A stretch of DNA of 64,000 bases from Ignavibacteria bacterium UBA7675 (GTDB lineage: Bacteria > Bacteroidota > Ignavibacteria > Kapaibacteriales > UB7675): the NCBI GenBank assembly GCA_002483085.1, contig DLHF01000080.1:223-64222 (forward strand), written 5' to 3'. The notes under the pieces were generated by a model that did not search any database, was not told where the DNA came from, and saw only the letters and a program-made list of their open reading frames with translations. The translations under genes and the position numbers were made by a program. Positions 18,930 through 28,541 of the stretch are shown here, piece after piece. Positions within the stretch are counted from its first letter, which is position 1; each line of letters starts with the position of its first letter.

Positions 18930-20195
18930 CTACCGCCGGATACGCACGATGAACGGTTTTGTCTTGAAGGCAATGGTGCCGGATTCGCCGACAAATGATG
19001 CGTTTATTGTGCCTTCGATAGCGTGCTGTAATTCGTCGTAGCCAGTCACTACAATGCTGCCGCTGGGCTTAGCTACCGAATAGTAGACCTCGATTGGAGT
19101 TCTATCTTTGCCGAGCCGGAAGTACACACCCTGCTCTTTGGCAATGGGATAGGTGGCAACACCTGTAAAGGGGAAAGTGATTTCTATTTGTTCTTGCGGT
19201 TCGCGGTCTGTGTTGAGCGCCAGAAGAGTCACAGTGCTGTCGCTGTTTGTTTCTGCATTGAGGTAGCCCACCCAATCCTTGCCATTAGCCGTCGCTTCCA
19301 CCACACCGAGCACGCGACTGTTTTCTGTGCGCTTTTTTAGAATATTATTAAGGTAGGCTGCGGTTGTGGAGTCCTCGGGCTGCTCTACAATGGCGTCGAA
19401 GGCCGACTTCAGGCTGATCACAAACTGCGCTCCGGCCATGTGGTATGCCTGTGCAATGGCAAAGCGGCGCTCGTTTTGGAACCACTGGCCATCTTCGCTG
19501 GCGAGGAACTGTGTGTATTCAGCTACCTGCTTTTCGGGGGTGGAGCGCAGAGCATACCCGTAAAATCCTCTGCTCAAGCCGCGATAATAGTGCAGGAGGT
19601 CGGGCCTCATACGCTCGGTCATATCGCCGATTTGGTCGTTGGTAAGTATCTGGTCGTCCGAATGCAGCGCATTTGCTATTTGTATAAGCTGGCGCGACAT
19701 TACAACTACTACTTCGGCTTTTGAATGGGCTGTGTTGTCTACTGTTTTTTCAAATGCTGCGAGTCGCTTTTTCAGCTTTTTATCGCTATCTGCTTTTTTT
19801 GCATATGCCGGTATATCGTTGTCGGATGCTTTTGTATATGCTGCCTTTTCCCGGTCTGTAATCGCCTTGCCCACCCCGGAGCGAAGCCATGCGAGCACGC
19901 GCTGGGTACGACTGCTATCGTAGCGAGTTGTCCAGAGGCTGAGAGCAGAGCTATAGAGTTCATCCGGCTGGAACATCGCTGCTGCCAAGCTATCATAGGC
20001 TCTGGCAAATGCTGGCTGAAGGTCCTGCCGCAGAGGGAGAAAGTGCCGGAACAGTTCGGGAGTTGTCTGCGCTATTTCCTCTTTAACACCAGTGAGAATA
20101 AGAGCTTCTTCTGTTGTGCCGTCTGCGGCTGTTGCACAGCAAAGCGAGCAGAAGAAGAGCAGCAGGAGCGTGCGAAGGGAAGTATGGATCATCAT
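18930..20195 (-). CDS. Exported hypothetical protein (helical DUF2059-like N-terminal part plus beta-rich C-terminal domain)
   Basis: 421 aa with signal peptide. Two ...WLRSGVGK / ...FLASEDGQ helical motifs; C-terminal beta-rich domain starting ATANGKDW. Starts 5 nt after the upstream gene's stop. Confidence 0.6.
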   Translation of the reverse strand: MMIHTSLRTLLLLFFCSLCCATAADGTTEEALILTGVKEEIAQTTPELFRHFLPLRQDLQPAFARAYDSLAAAMFQPDELYSSALSLWTTRYDSSRTQRVLAWLRSGVGKAITDREKAAYTKASDNDIPAYAKKADSDKKLKKRLAAFEKTVDNTAHSKAEVVVVMSRQLIQIANALHSDDQILTNDQIGDMTERMRPDLLHYYRGLSRGFYGYALRSTPEKQVAEYTQFLASEDGQWFQNERRFAIAQAYHMAGAQFVISLKSAFDAIVEQPEDSTTAAYLNNILKKRTENSRVLGVVEATANGKDWVGYLNAETNSDSTVTLLALNTDREPQEQIEITFPFTGVATYPIAKEQGVYFRLGKDRTPIEVYYSVAKPSGSIVVTGYDELQHAIEGTINASFVGESGTIAFKTKPFIVRIRR

Positions 20196-20200
20196 AGGTA

Positions 20201-22189
20201 TTAGAATTCCTGAAGAAGGATGGCACGGTAGCTGGACGAATTATTCCCTGCAAACACGATAGTAAAGTTCTGGCCGAGTGAGAAGGGAATATTATTGCGC
20301 TCCAGCACTTCTTTTTCGCCTTCACTGGTTGCATTGAGGAATACCAGTGTAATCTTGCGGGCTTGTGCAGCAGTTTCCACAGGCGAGAGCTGGCGGTAAG
20401 GTAATTGATCAGCTAATATCGATCCGCCGTTGTAGTCGAGCTTTACCGTAAGAGCCTGTATCGAGGGAGATGCGTTGATAAACCGCCGCCGCACGTCCGA
20501 AGGCAAAGCACCCATGGGATCGGTAGTGAATACGGTAATATCGGGAGCAGAGGCCGATCCGCTTATCAGGATCAGTGTGCGTTTGCCGTTTTCCAGAGCA
20601 ATGGTTTGCGGCTGGCCTGCCACAGTAAGCACATGCGAACCAGCAGGCAGGACAGTTGCCGATGCTGCTCCATAGAACAGAGAACGATTGCTGATTACTG
20701 TGCCAAGGCTGAACTGTATATTGTCTGCATCGGGTACAGCGTTTACTACCTGCGTAAAGATACCCTCTTCGAGTACGTCCAAAGGCCGGGCTGTCGGATT
20801 GTCTTCATCGAACAGCGTAAGCTGGATGTCGTTGCCGCTGCGGGTAAGAATGAGCAGGTATTTTCCGCCCGGCTGGAGCAAGCCCGCATAGGCTGCTGCC
20901 CGCAATTGCTTTGGGCCATTGCTGAATACAACAAACGGAGCAGAACCGGGCAGGCAGCGAACAGGCTCGCCGATCTGTGCAAATTCTAATGTTGGAGCCA
21001 GTACCTGGCCGGTAACATAGGTGTTGCTTATGGTTGTGCGCGCACCGAGTGAAATCTCCAGAGCGGGGAGCCCCCACGCGAGATTTGCCACACGGACTGT
21101 CGCGCTGTCGGAAGAGGAGGCTGCTCCCGAAGGCGGAACCGCTACCGAGAAGTTCGCTCGTGCTGTTGTTCCCGAGTCGATTGTCACCACAATATACTGC
21201 TTCAGCACTTCCAGAGGAATACCTACTAGGTGCGGTGTTCCACCGATTTTCAGTGTGTCCTCGCTTGCAGATGTGCAGGCCGATACATTGGCGAATGCAC
21301 TCGCCGAGCGCGAAGCGATGCCCTGGGCAATTGTTTCATCGGCTTGGTCGGGAATGACTTTGCTGATATCTACCGCCTGCGAAGAGAAATTGAGCACGCG
21401 TACTTCAGCTTCTGATGCACTTACTGTAGGCATTTGTTGCAGTGCCGCACTGCTTGTATCGCGGTCTTGCAGCAGTAGAAGGTTGGGGGTTTGCCCGCCC
21501 GCCCGATAGAGAATAATGGAATAATCACTATTTGCGCCAATGTTCGCACTATAGTATCCCACGACCGAGTCGACAGTGCCGGTTCTCTTGAGCAGCGATA
21601 TTGTGTAGGTACTTGCGGACATTTCTACTTTGCTACCCCAGCCGAGATAGGGAACTTGCGGAGCCAGAGACTCGCCATTCGGGCAGCCGAGCCGCAGCGA
21701 AAAGGTCTCTCCCTTCTGGGGATAAGCATTAATAAACCGAATATACGAAACACCGTTTGCGCGTGGGGCGATGCTGTCGGCAGCCGCAATGACCAGCACT
21801 GTATCTACTGCTGCTAAGCTATCGGGAATGGGAAGTGCTATGAGAGTAAAAAGCGTATTGCGGTTAAACCGCACTTTATAGGGAGTGATGTATTCCTGTG
21901 TGCCGCTGTTGAGAATTGCCGCTTGTACCGAGTCGGCGGGCGAGGACACCGGCGAAGATAGCCCGCTAAAAGGCACGGCTGCTGTACGGCGTGTTCCTTC
22001 GAGCTGAAGCTCGCGCGGGTTGCCATCACCTGCGAGATTTAACAGGCGAACGCGGATGCTCTCCTCTGCAAGCGGTGCGTTGAGCAGATCGGAATTCTCT
22101 GAGTTCATACAGCCGCCGAGCAGCACAAGCAGGGAGCACAAAGTGAATACAATGGCCGGAGCAAAACCGTTGCCGCTGAAACGCTTCAT
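20201..22189 (-). CDS. DUF4397-like repeat lipoprotein
   Basis: Lipobox LLGGC; repeated modules beginning VRLLNL / IRFINA / VRVLNF / VRVANL / QVVNAVPD / RRFINASP. Confidence 0.75.
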   Translation of the reverse strand: MKRFSGNGFAPAIVFTLCSLLVLLGGCMNSENSDLLNAPLAEESIRVRLLNLAGDGNPRELQLEGTRRTAAVPFSGLSSPVSSPADSVQAAILNSGTQEYITPYKVRFNRNTLFTLIALPIPDSLAAVDTVLVIAAADSIAPRANGVSYIRFINAYPQKGETFSLRLGCPNGESLAPQVPYLGWGSKVEMSASTYTISLLKRTGTVDSVVGYYSANIGANSDYSIILYRAGGQTPNLLLLQDRDTSSAALQQMPTVSASEAEVRVLNFSSQAVDISKVIPDQADETIAQGIASRSASAFANVSACTSASEDTLKIGGTPHLVGIPLEVLKQYIVVTIDSGTTARANFSVAVPPSGAASSSDSATVRVANLAWGLPALEISLGARTTISNTYVTGQVLAPTLEFAQIGEPVRCLPGSAPFVVFSNGPKQLRAAAYAGLLQPGGKYLLILTRSGNDIQLTLFDEDNPTARPLDVLEEGIFTQVVNAVPDADNIQFSLGTVISNRSLFYGAASATVLPAGSHVLTVAGQPQTIALENGKRTLILISGSASAPDITVFTTDPMGALPSDVRRRFINASPSIQALTVKLDYNGGSILADQLPYRQLSPVETAAQARKITLVFLNATSEGEKEVLERNNIPFSLGQNFTIVFAGNNSSSYRAILLQEF

Positions 22190-22289
22190 AGATGTCAAAT
22201 CGCTTTGAAGGAGTGTGTGAAAAAACTAAATTGGCTATTTTTCGTCATATAGGCAATTGCAAATTTCGCCTTTTCGGTGAGACTCTGAT

Positions 22290-23372
22290 ATGGAAGAAAA
22301 ATTGTCTCTTATTATTAATCGCTATCAGGACGTGACTAATCAGTTGTACGATCCGGATATTGCGAACGACTACCGGCGCTATAAGGAACTTTCGCGTGAG
22401 CAGAAACAACTGACGCCGATTGTCCAAGCTGCTGAAAAGTATCTTAAGCTCGTGGATGCTATGCGGCAGAACAAGGAAATTATCGGTATGTCGGGCGTAG
22501 ATGCCGAGCTGAAAGAGCTCGCACTGATGGAGAACGACGAGCTTCAAGCGGATCGGGAAACGCTCGAAGAAGAGCTTCGTGTTCTGCTTATTCCCAAAGA
22601 CCCCAATGATGTAAAAGACTGCATCGTGGAGATTCGCGCCGGAACAGGCGGCGATGAAGCTGCGCTTTTTGCTGGCGATCTGTTTCGTATGTACCAGCGC
22701 TATGCCGAGAACAAAGGCTGGACTCTTGAGGTGATCGACATCAGCGAAGGCGAGAAAGGTGGTTTCAGGGAAATTGTCTTTTCGCTCTCGGGCGACGAAG
22801 TGTTTGGTACGCTGAAGTTTGAAAGCGGAGTGCACCGCGTGCAGCGCGTTCCCGATACTGAAGCAAATGGTCGTATTCATACATCGGCTGCTACGGTGGC
22901 TATATTGCCGGAAGTCGAAGAGGTGGAGATCGATATCAAAGACGCTGATTTACGCATCGACATATTTCGCTCCGGTGGCAAGGGCGGGCAGAATGTGAAC
23001 AAAGTGGAAACGGCTGTGCGTATGGTGCATATACCCTCCGGTATTGTTGTGCAGTGCCAGGACGAACGCTCCCAGCTCAAAAACCGCGAAAAAGCGATGA
23101 AAGTGCTGCGTGCACGTTTGTTCGAGATGGAACAGCAAAAACAGCACGACGAAATCTCTTCAGTTCGGAAGTCGATGGTGCGCTCCGGTGATCGCTCCGA
23201 AAAAATACGCACGTACAACTACCCGCAAAATCGCGTTACCGACCATCGGCTGGAAGGTGATGCTAAAAATTACTCGTTGCGCGAGATTGTAGAAGGTGAC
23301 ATGGAGTCTGTGCTCACACAGTTGCGGCTTGCCGAACGAGCTGAAATGCTACAGCAGGGCAGCGGTGCATAA
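22290..23372 (+). CDS. prfA: Peptide chain release factor 1
   Basis: EIRAGTGGDEA, VQRVPDTE (PxT = RF1 specificity motif), GGQ, IRTYNYPQNRVTDHR. Confidence 0.97.
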   Translation: MEEKLSLIINRYQDVTNQLYDPDIANDYRRYKELSREQKQLTPIVQAAEKYLKLVDAMRQNKEIIGMSGVDAELKELALMENDELQADRETLEEELRVLLIPKDPNDVKDCIVEIRAGTGGDEAALFAGDLFRMYQRYAENKGWTLEVIDISEGEKGGFREIVFSLSGDEVFGTLKFESGVHRVQRVPDTEANGRIHTSAATVAILPEVEEVEIDIKDADLRIDIFRSGGKGGQNVNKVETAVRMVHIPSGIVVQCQDERSQLKNREKAMKVLRARLFEMEQQKQHDEISSVRKSMVRSGDRSEKIRTYNYPQNRVTDHRLEGDAKNYSLREIVEGDMESVLTQLRLAERAEMLQQGSGA

Positions 23373-23390
23373 AAAAATGAAAGAAACATC

Positions 23391-23419
23391 TTGCACAGTG
23401 GGCATTCTCGTGTTAAATT
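23391..23419 (+). promoter_or_regulatory. Putative sigma70-type promoter P1
   Basis: TTGCAC-17 nt-TAAATT followed by cgca. Confidence 0.5.
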
Positions 23420-23520
23420 CGCATCACATGAAGTTGCAATGCAGATTTTAGTATCTGCTTTTACAGTGATGAGCGACGCAACAAACGAGTAGAAAAAAGT
23501 TAGTTGAAAGAAAAAAAAGG

Positions 23521-23549
23521 TTGCGTTGCCGAAAAAATCACAGTATATT
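23521..23549 (+). promoter_or_regulatory. Putative sigma70-type promoter P2
   Basis: TTGCGT-17 nt-TATATT followed by cgca, with an A-rich tract upstream. Confidence 0.55.
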
Positions 23550-23554
23550 CGCAA

Positions 23555-23650
23555 CAGAAAGTTTTAGAAAATCTCCTTTCGTTGTGGTGGTGAAAGGTGA
23601 GTAGGGGAGTGCCCCTTGATGAGTGGTGACATCAAGGGGCAACTCGTTTT
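23555..23650 (+). ncRNA. Candidate small RNA (ORF-less unit between promoter and terminator)
   Basis: Hairpin cctttc/gaaagg, then terminator gagtgccccttgatg...catcaaggggcaactc-gtttt; no ORF. Confidence 0.45.
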
Positions 23651-23702
23651 AAAGAGGTTCTGTGAGAAGAACTTTGACTGCGACGGGATTTTCAGACAAA
23701 TT

Positions 23703-23737
23703 GCCTCCTGGCTTATAAAGTCAGGGGGCTTTTTTTA
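23703..23737 (+). terminator. Second Rho-independent terminator
   Basis: gcctcctggctt / aagtcagggggc stem followed by a T-run. Confidence 0.75.
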
Positions 23738-23858
23738 TTAGACTTGTCTACAGGGCAGGTGGCGCAGGTGTCTCCGCTTTGGGCGTAGCTTTTATGCCGT
23801 GAGATGTTTTTGCTGATAAGGACGCTGTGTAAGCGAGTTCGTATTGCAGCGGCGGTAT

Positions 23859-23955
23859 CGTAGGAACAAACAATGCGCGGACGGCGGGCGCACAGCCACG
23901 CGGTGGCAGTTGTCCGTAAGCTCGCCTTTGCACCGTTCCTACGGCGACAATGCGT
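23859..23955 (+). repeat. Dispersed intergenic repeat, partial A + B, bounded by CGTAGGAAC/GTTCCTACG inverted repeat
   Basis: cgtaagctcgcctttgcaccgttcctacggcgacaatgcg matches module B at 46843. Confidence 0.75.
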
Positions 23956-24063
23956 AGGTGAGGTGCAGAGACCCAAAGCACGAGCGAGGGCAGAAGTGCT
24001 CTACTGATCATTCCTGTGTTTTGTCCTTATGCTGGACTGTAGACTGCTACACGGGTAATAAGC

Positions 24064-24960
24064 ATGACAAAAAACGGTACGCTGCTCAATAGCTCTGCTA
24101 TAACAATACCGCGAACAACGCACTCGATGCTGGTGCGTGCGCTCGACGGCGAAGACCGTCAGCGGTTCGACGGTGTTTCCTTGTATGAAATAACCTATCG
24201 AAGCGATTCGCTGAATATTCGCGGATTTCTCGCGCTTCCGCCGGCTTCTGGACAGCCTATGCCCGCCGTTGTGTTCAATAGAGGTGGGTCTGGGTCACAG
24301 GGCGCCCTGAGCGATGTATCGGCGTCGCAGGTGTTGTGCCTGTATGCAAGCTGGGGTTATGTAGCCATAGCGAGCAATTATCGCGGTACGGGCGGCAGCA
24401 GTGGAGAAGAGGAGTGGGGTGCCGGGGATGTCAACGACGCGATGAATCTCCTTCCCCTTCTGCATTCGCTTTCCTATGTAGACGGTGGTAGAATCGGCCT
24501 TGTGGGAGGAAGCAGGGGCGGAATGATGGCGCTTCAGATGCTGGCACGCACTGATGCTTTTCGGGCAGCGGTTACGTTTGGTGCGCCAACAGCTATTTAT
24601 GGGCTTCCGTCGTCGGCGTATATCTACAAAACAATGAGCAGGTACCTTGGGCGCGATGCCGACCCCGACGCTGAAGCAAAAAAGCGTTCGGCGGTAGAGT
24701 GGGCAGGTGAGCTCAGCAAGACTACTCCCTTGCTCGTGCTGCACGGCTCTGGCGACCGCCGGGTGGATCCTGATCACGCGCTGCTGCTCGGCATGCAGTT
24801 GCAAAAACACCGGGTGCCCTACCGGCTTGTAATGTATGAGAACGCCGACCACGTGCTTGCTGGCAGGCGTAAGGAGAGCAATCTGGAAATACGGCAGTGG
24901 TTAGACACCTATGTGCGCGACTTGGCTCCCATGCCGCGTGTAGGGCCGCACGGAGCATAG
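24064..24960 (+). CDS. S9 family (prolyl oligopeptidase-like) peptidase
   Basis: NRGG, GGSRGG nucleophile elbow, HGSGDRRV, ADH. Confidence 0.9.
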   Translation: MTKNGTLLNSSAITIPRTTHSMLVRALDGEDRQRFDGVSLYEITYRSDSLNIRGFLALPPASGQPMPAVVFNRGGSGSQGALSDVSASQVLCLYASWGYVAIASNYRGTGGSSGEEEWGAGDVNDAMNLLPLLHSLSYVDGGRIGLVGGSRGGMMALQMLARTDAFRAAVTFGAPTAIYGLPSSAYIYKTMSRYLGRDADPDAEAKKRSAVEWAGELSKTTPLLVLHGSGDRRVDPDHALLLGMQLQKHRVPYRLVMYENADHVLAGRRKESNLEIRQWLDTYVRDLAPMPRVGPHGA

Positions 24961-25012
24961 TGCTGGAAACAGCGGGGCACTTGTAGAAAAGCCCAAATAC
25001 TCGTAGAAAAAG

Positions 25013-25047
25013 AAAAGCGCCCGGGCGAATATTCGCTCGGGCGCTTT
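25013..25047. terminator. Bidirectional terminator between convergent genes
   Basis: aaagcgcccgggcgaa-ta-ttcgctcgggcgcttt. Confidence 0.8.
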
Positions 25048-25068
25048 AACATTCGGAATCAGAGCAGC

Positions 25069-25449
25069 TTATTGACCGATCAGCTCTTTGTATGCATTGA
25101 CATCGAGCAGCGCATCCACCTGCGAGGGGTCGGCGAGTGTCATGCGCACTAGCCATCCTGCACCATAGGGATCGCTGTTCACTGTCTCGGGAGCATCGTT
25201 TAGTGCTGTATTCACTTCCACAATTTGGCCTGCTACCGGCGCGAATAGGTCCGCTACCGTTTTCACAGCTTCAATTGTGCCGAATGACTCACCCTGATCA
25301 ACTTTATCCAAACTGCCGGAAATATCGATATATACGATATCGCCAAGCTCGCCCTGAGCGTGGTCGGTAACACCAATTGTACCGATATTGCCTTCCACGC
25401 GAATCCATTCGTGTTCTTTTGTGTACCTGAGATCCTCGGGAAACTTCAT
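25069..25449 (-). CDS. gcvH: Glycine cleavage system H protein
   Basis: MKFPEDLRYTKEHEW, IEAVKTV (lipoyl-Lys), NSDPYGAGW. Confidence 0.97.
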   Translation of the reverse strand: MKFPEDLRYTKEHEWIRVEGNIGTIGVTDHAQGELGDIVYIDISGSLDKVDQGESFGTIEAVKTVADLFAPVAGQIVEVNTALNDAPETVNSDPYGAGWLVRMTLADPSQVDALLDVNAYKELIGQ

Positions 25450-25498
25450 GAGTACTCTCCGCTGATATAATTGTAGATGTTGGTTGGGAATCGTTTCG

Positions 25499-26839
25499 TC
25501 AGTCCTGCCAGTTGTGTGTATCGAGGTATTTCGTATCAAAATCCCCGGAGATAAAGTCCGGATTGTCCATCATTTTCAGATGGAACGGGATTGTCGTGTG
25601 AATACCTTCGATAACCATTTCGCCGAGCGCACGCTTCATGCGAGCAATCGCTTCTTCGCGTGTTCTGCCAAAAGCTATGAGCTTTGCTACGAGCGAGTCG
25701 TAATAGGGCGGTATTTGATAGCCCTGATAAATATGCGAATCCACGCGGATGCCTGGTCCTCCGGGAAAATGCAGGCTTTCAATCCTGCCGGGGGAGGGGC
25801 GATAGTCGTGGTACGGGTCTTCGGCGTTAATACGGCACTCGATGGCGTGGAATTCTGGCGTACCTTGCTTGATAGACAGTTGTTGGCCAGCCGCTACGCG
25901 GATTTGCTCCTTTACAAGATCGACGCCGAGCGAAATTTCTGTTACGGGATGCTCTACTTGGATCCGCGTGTTCATTTCCATGAAGAAGAAGTTCCGGTGT
26001 TTGTCCACGAGGAATTCCACTGTACCGGCGCCCACGTAGTTTACAGCTTGTGCAGCTTTGATAGCAGCTTCACCCATTTTGCGGCGCAACTCTTCGGTAA
26101 GCACTGGCGAAGGCGATTCTTCGATCAGCTTCTGGTGCCTGCGCTGGATAGAGCACTCGCGCTCGTTCAGATGGATAATATTGCCGTGTGTATCGCCGAA
26201 CACTTGTATTTCTACGTGGCGCGGCTCTTCCACAAACTTTTCGATGTACATATCCGGGTTGTTGAACGCCGCTTCTGCTTCGTTGCGCGCTGTTGTAAAT
26301 GCGCGTTCTACTTCGTCGATATGCGACACCAAGCGCATGCCCTTGCCGCCGCCGCCCGCTGCTGCTTTGAGCATCACAGGTACACCGATTTCGCGCACGA
26401 GCTCAATTGCTTCTTCTACAGAAGACACAATACCCTGGCTGCCCGGAATCACAGGCACTCCGGCTGCGCGCATTGTATCCTTGGCAATCGACTTATTGCC
26501 CATTTTTACAATGGCCTCGGGCGATGGGCCAATGAACACGAAACCACAGTCATTGCAAATTTCAGCAAATTCGGCATTTTCAGCCAAAAAACCATAGCCG
26601 GGATGGATTGCGTCGGCTCCTGTAATCTCCGCTGCTGCAAGAATAGCGGGGATGCGCAGATAGCTCGCTCTGCCCTGTGCCGGACCTATGCACACCGCTT
26701 CGTCGGCAAAGCGCACATGCAGGGAAGTTTTGTCGGCTTCGGAGTAGACAGCTACTGTTTGCACGCCGAGTTCACGGCATGCGCGAATAATACGCAGTGC
26801 TATCTCTCCCCGATTGGCGATCAGTACTTTATTGAACAT
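25499..26839 (-). CDS. accC: Acetyl-CoA carboxylase, biotin carboxylase subunit
   Basis: [41 protein letters not shown]. Confidence 0.97.
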   Translation of the reverse strand: MFNKVLIANRGEIALRIIRACRELGVQTVAVYSEADKTSLHVRFADEAVCIGPAQGRASYLRIPAILAAAEITGADAIHPGYGFLAENAEFAEICNDCGFVFIGPSPEAIVKMGNKSIAKDTMRAAGVPVIPGSQGIVSSVEEAIELVREIGVPVMLKAAAGGGGKGMRLVSHIDEVERAFTTARNEAEAAFNNPDMYIEKFVEEPRHVEIQVFGDTHGNIIHLNERECSIQRRHQKLIEESPSPVLTEELRRKMGEAAIKAAQAVNYVGAGTVEFLVDKHRNFFFMEMNTRIQVEHPVTEISLGVDLVKEQIRVAAGQQLSIKQGTPEFHAIECRINAEDPYHDYRPSPGRIESLHFPGGPGIRVDSHIYQGYQIPPYYDSLVAKLIAFGRTREEAIARMKRALGEMVIEGIHTTIPFHLKMMDNPDFISGDFDTKYLDTHNWQD

Positions 26840-26935
26840 AGAGTTATGACCTTCGGCGCTATATGGAAAGTTGTTTGCCCAGCCGGGGGACGTCTGTACG
26901 TGCCGGGAAGGGAAATATCGTAATCCGTCCGTCCG

Positions 26936-27436
26936 TTAGTCGAGCCGGATAGAGAACAGCGGCTGGCCGTATTCTACAGGTTTGGCGTTTTCCACCAACA
27001 CTTTTACTACGGTGCCAGTCACGTCGCTTTCGATCTCGTTCATGAGCTTCATCGCTTCTACGATGCACAACGGCGAACCCGCAGATACGCGGTCGCCTAC
27101 TTGAGTAAAAGGTTCTGCATCGGGCGAGGAGGCGCGGTAGAATGTACCGACAATAGGACAAACGATCGTGTGGAGGTTCTCTTCAATTACTGGTGCTGGA
27201 GGTGCTTCTTCTTGCCTGGCAGGTTCGGCTGCTACTGCAGGCGCGACAGGTGCTGCCGAAGAGGGCTGTTGAAGTGCAGGTTGTACTTGGTAGACAGAGG
27301 GAAGCGCCTGAACCGACGTTCCGCCGGATGATTGTTTGGCAATGCGAAGATTGATTCCTTCTTCCTCAATGCGCAGCTCTACTGCAGAGCTCTCATCGAA
27401 AATTTTTAAAAGTCTACGAAGGTAGTTCAGATCCAT
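26936..27436 (-). CDS. accB: Acetyl-CoA carboxylase, biotin carboxyl carrier protein
   Basis: PIVGTFYR, EAMKLMNEI (biotinyl-Lys), Pro/Ala linker; start MDLNYL with gagg upstream. Confidence 0.96.
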   Translation of the reverse strand: MDLNYLRRLLKIFDESSAVELRIEEEGINLRIAKQSSGGTSVQALPSVYQVQPALQQPSSAAPVAPAVAAEPARQEEAPPAPVIEENLHTIVCPIVGTFYRASSPDAEPFTQVGDRVSAGSPLCIVEAMKLMNEIESDVTGTVVKVLVENAKPVEYGQPLFSIRLD

Positions 27437-27546
27437 ACCGGCCTCTTCCAAAGATTCGGGTTGATAGTACTCTGTGTTCACTGTCGAGCGCCGTAAAATA
27501 CACGTCTTGCTCTAAAAAGGAAAGAAAAAAGTCCGTCGGGAATGCT

Positions 27547-27593
27547 GGGCACCGGCGTCGCTGTTCTGCGGCGTTCGCTGTCGCCGGTCGCAA
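27547..27593 (-). repeat. Dispersed intergenic repeat, module C (minus strand)
   Basis: Reverse complement ttgcgaccggcgacagcgaacgccgcagaacagcgacgccggtgccc. Confidence 0.8.
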
Positions 27594-27641
27594 TGGCCTC
27601 ACGTGTTGTGCAAACTTCTGCGCCCGGTCGCCAGTACCAAT

Positions 27642-27680
27642 AAAAAAAGCGTGATGCCTCACTGGGAAGAATCACGCTTT
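27642..27680 (-). terminator. Terminator downstream of efp
   Basis: aaagcgtgat...atcacgcttt stem with a U-run on the minus strand. Confidence 0.7.
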
Positions 27681-27692
27681 AAGAAGTAGCTC

Positions 27693-28256
27693 TTAGTTTT
27701 TCACGCGTTCGATATACGCGCCAGTCCGAGTGTCGATGCGGAGCCTGTCGCCCTCGTTTACAAAGATCGGTACCTGGATGATTGCGCCAGTTTCCAGAGT
27801 AGCCGGTTTTGTAACGTTTGTCGCTGTATCGCCGCGAACACCAGGTTCGGTGTATGTTACAATCAGGTTCACATGCGAAGGAAGGTCAGCCGATACAATC
27901 TCGGTGTCGTTGAACGCGATTTGCACGTTGTCGCCCTCTTTCAGGAATCTGGATTGCTCGCCCAATGCAGCTTCGCTTACCGGAAATTGGTCGTATGTCT
28001 CGGGATTCATAAAGATAAAGCTCTCGCCATCTTTGTACAGGTATTGATAATCCCGGCGCTCCACTCGCAGTAGGTCGATTGTCTCGCCCGACCGAAAGCG
28101 CTGCTCAAATGTTTTGCCGGAGCGCAAATTACGCATTTTTACCTGATAAAAAGCACGTAGGTTGCCAGGTGTGCGATGTTCAGATTCTAGAACAAGGCAT
28201 GCGTCACCGTTGAAACGCAGCACCGCACCCACGCGCAGATCCGCTGTTGTTGCCAT
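27693..28256 (-). CDS. efp: Elongation factor P (loop variant HRTPGNLRAF)
   Basis: 187 aa; YLYKDG, TEPGVRGDTA, KPATLETG, VPIFVNEGD, IDTRTG. Confidence 0.97.
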   Translation of the reverse strand: MATTADLRVGAVLRFNGDACLVLESEHRTPGNLRAFYQVKMRNLRSGKTFEQRFRSGETIDLLRVERRDYQYLYKDGESFIFMNPETYDQFPVSEAALGEQSRFLKEGDNVQIAFNDTEIVSADLPSHVNLIVTYTEPGVRGDTATNVTKPATLETGAIIQVPIFVNEGDRLRIDTRTGAYIERVKN

Positions 28257-28299
28257 ATCGATTGCGTTTGAATATTCGGAATGTAAGTGATTTTAGAAG

Positions 28300-28370
28300 A
28301 GGCGCCGAGCGGATTCGAACCGCTGTACGAGCTTTTGCAGAGCTCTGCCTAGCCACTCGGCCACAGCGCC
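28300..28370 (-). tRNA. tRNA-Cys(GCA), CCA not encoded
   Basis: GGCGCTGTGGCCGAGTGGCTAGGCAGAGCTCTGCAAAAGCTCGTACAGCGGTTCGAATCCGCTCGGCGCCT; anticodon stem GAGCT/AGCTC, GCA anticodon, GTTCGAA T-loop, U discriminator. Confidence 0.96.
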
Positions 28371-28541
28371 ATATACATGTACTTGCAACTCAAAGAAGCG
28401 CCAATTTAATACAAAAAACAGTATTGTACAACTTTTCTGAAAAAATCCCTGCTTGTAAGGGTTGGAAATTCACTTGCCGTTCGGCAATTTTATGGAGTTC
28501 CTTACCACATTACATATTCTTTCACTCTGTTCTGTACTGCC

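Noticed and set aside
22290..23372. Programmed frameshift as in prfB
   Set aside because: The frame is continuous and carries the PxT motif of RF1.
25484..26923. 479-aa + strand ORF
   Set aside because: Antisense shadow of accC with no recognisable motifs; likewise for the long antisense ORFs over aspC, DUF547, LamG and rsmB genes.
28300..28370. tRNA-Cys as an integration site for an island
   Set aside because: Its 3' side leads directly into efp; no duplicated tRNA 3' end or integrase was seen.
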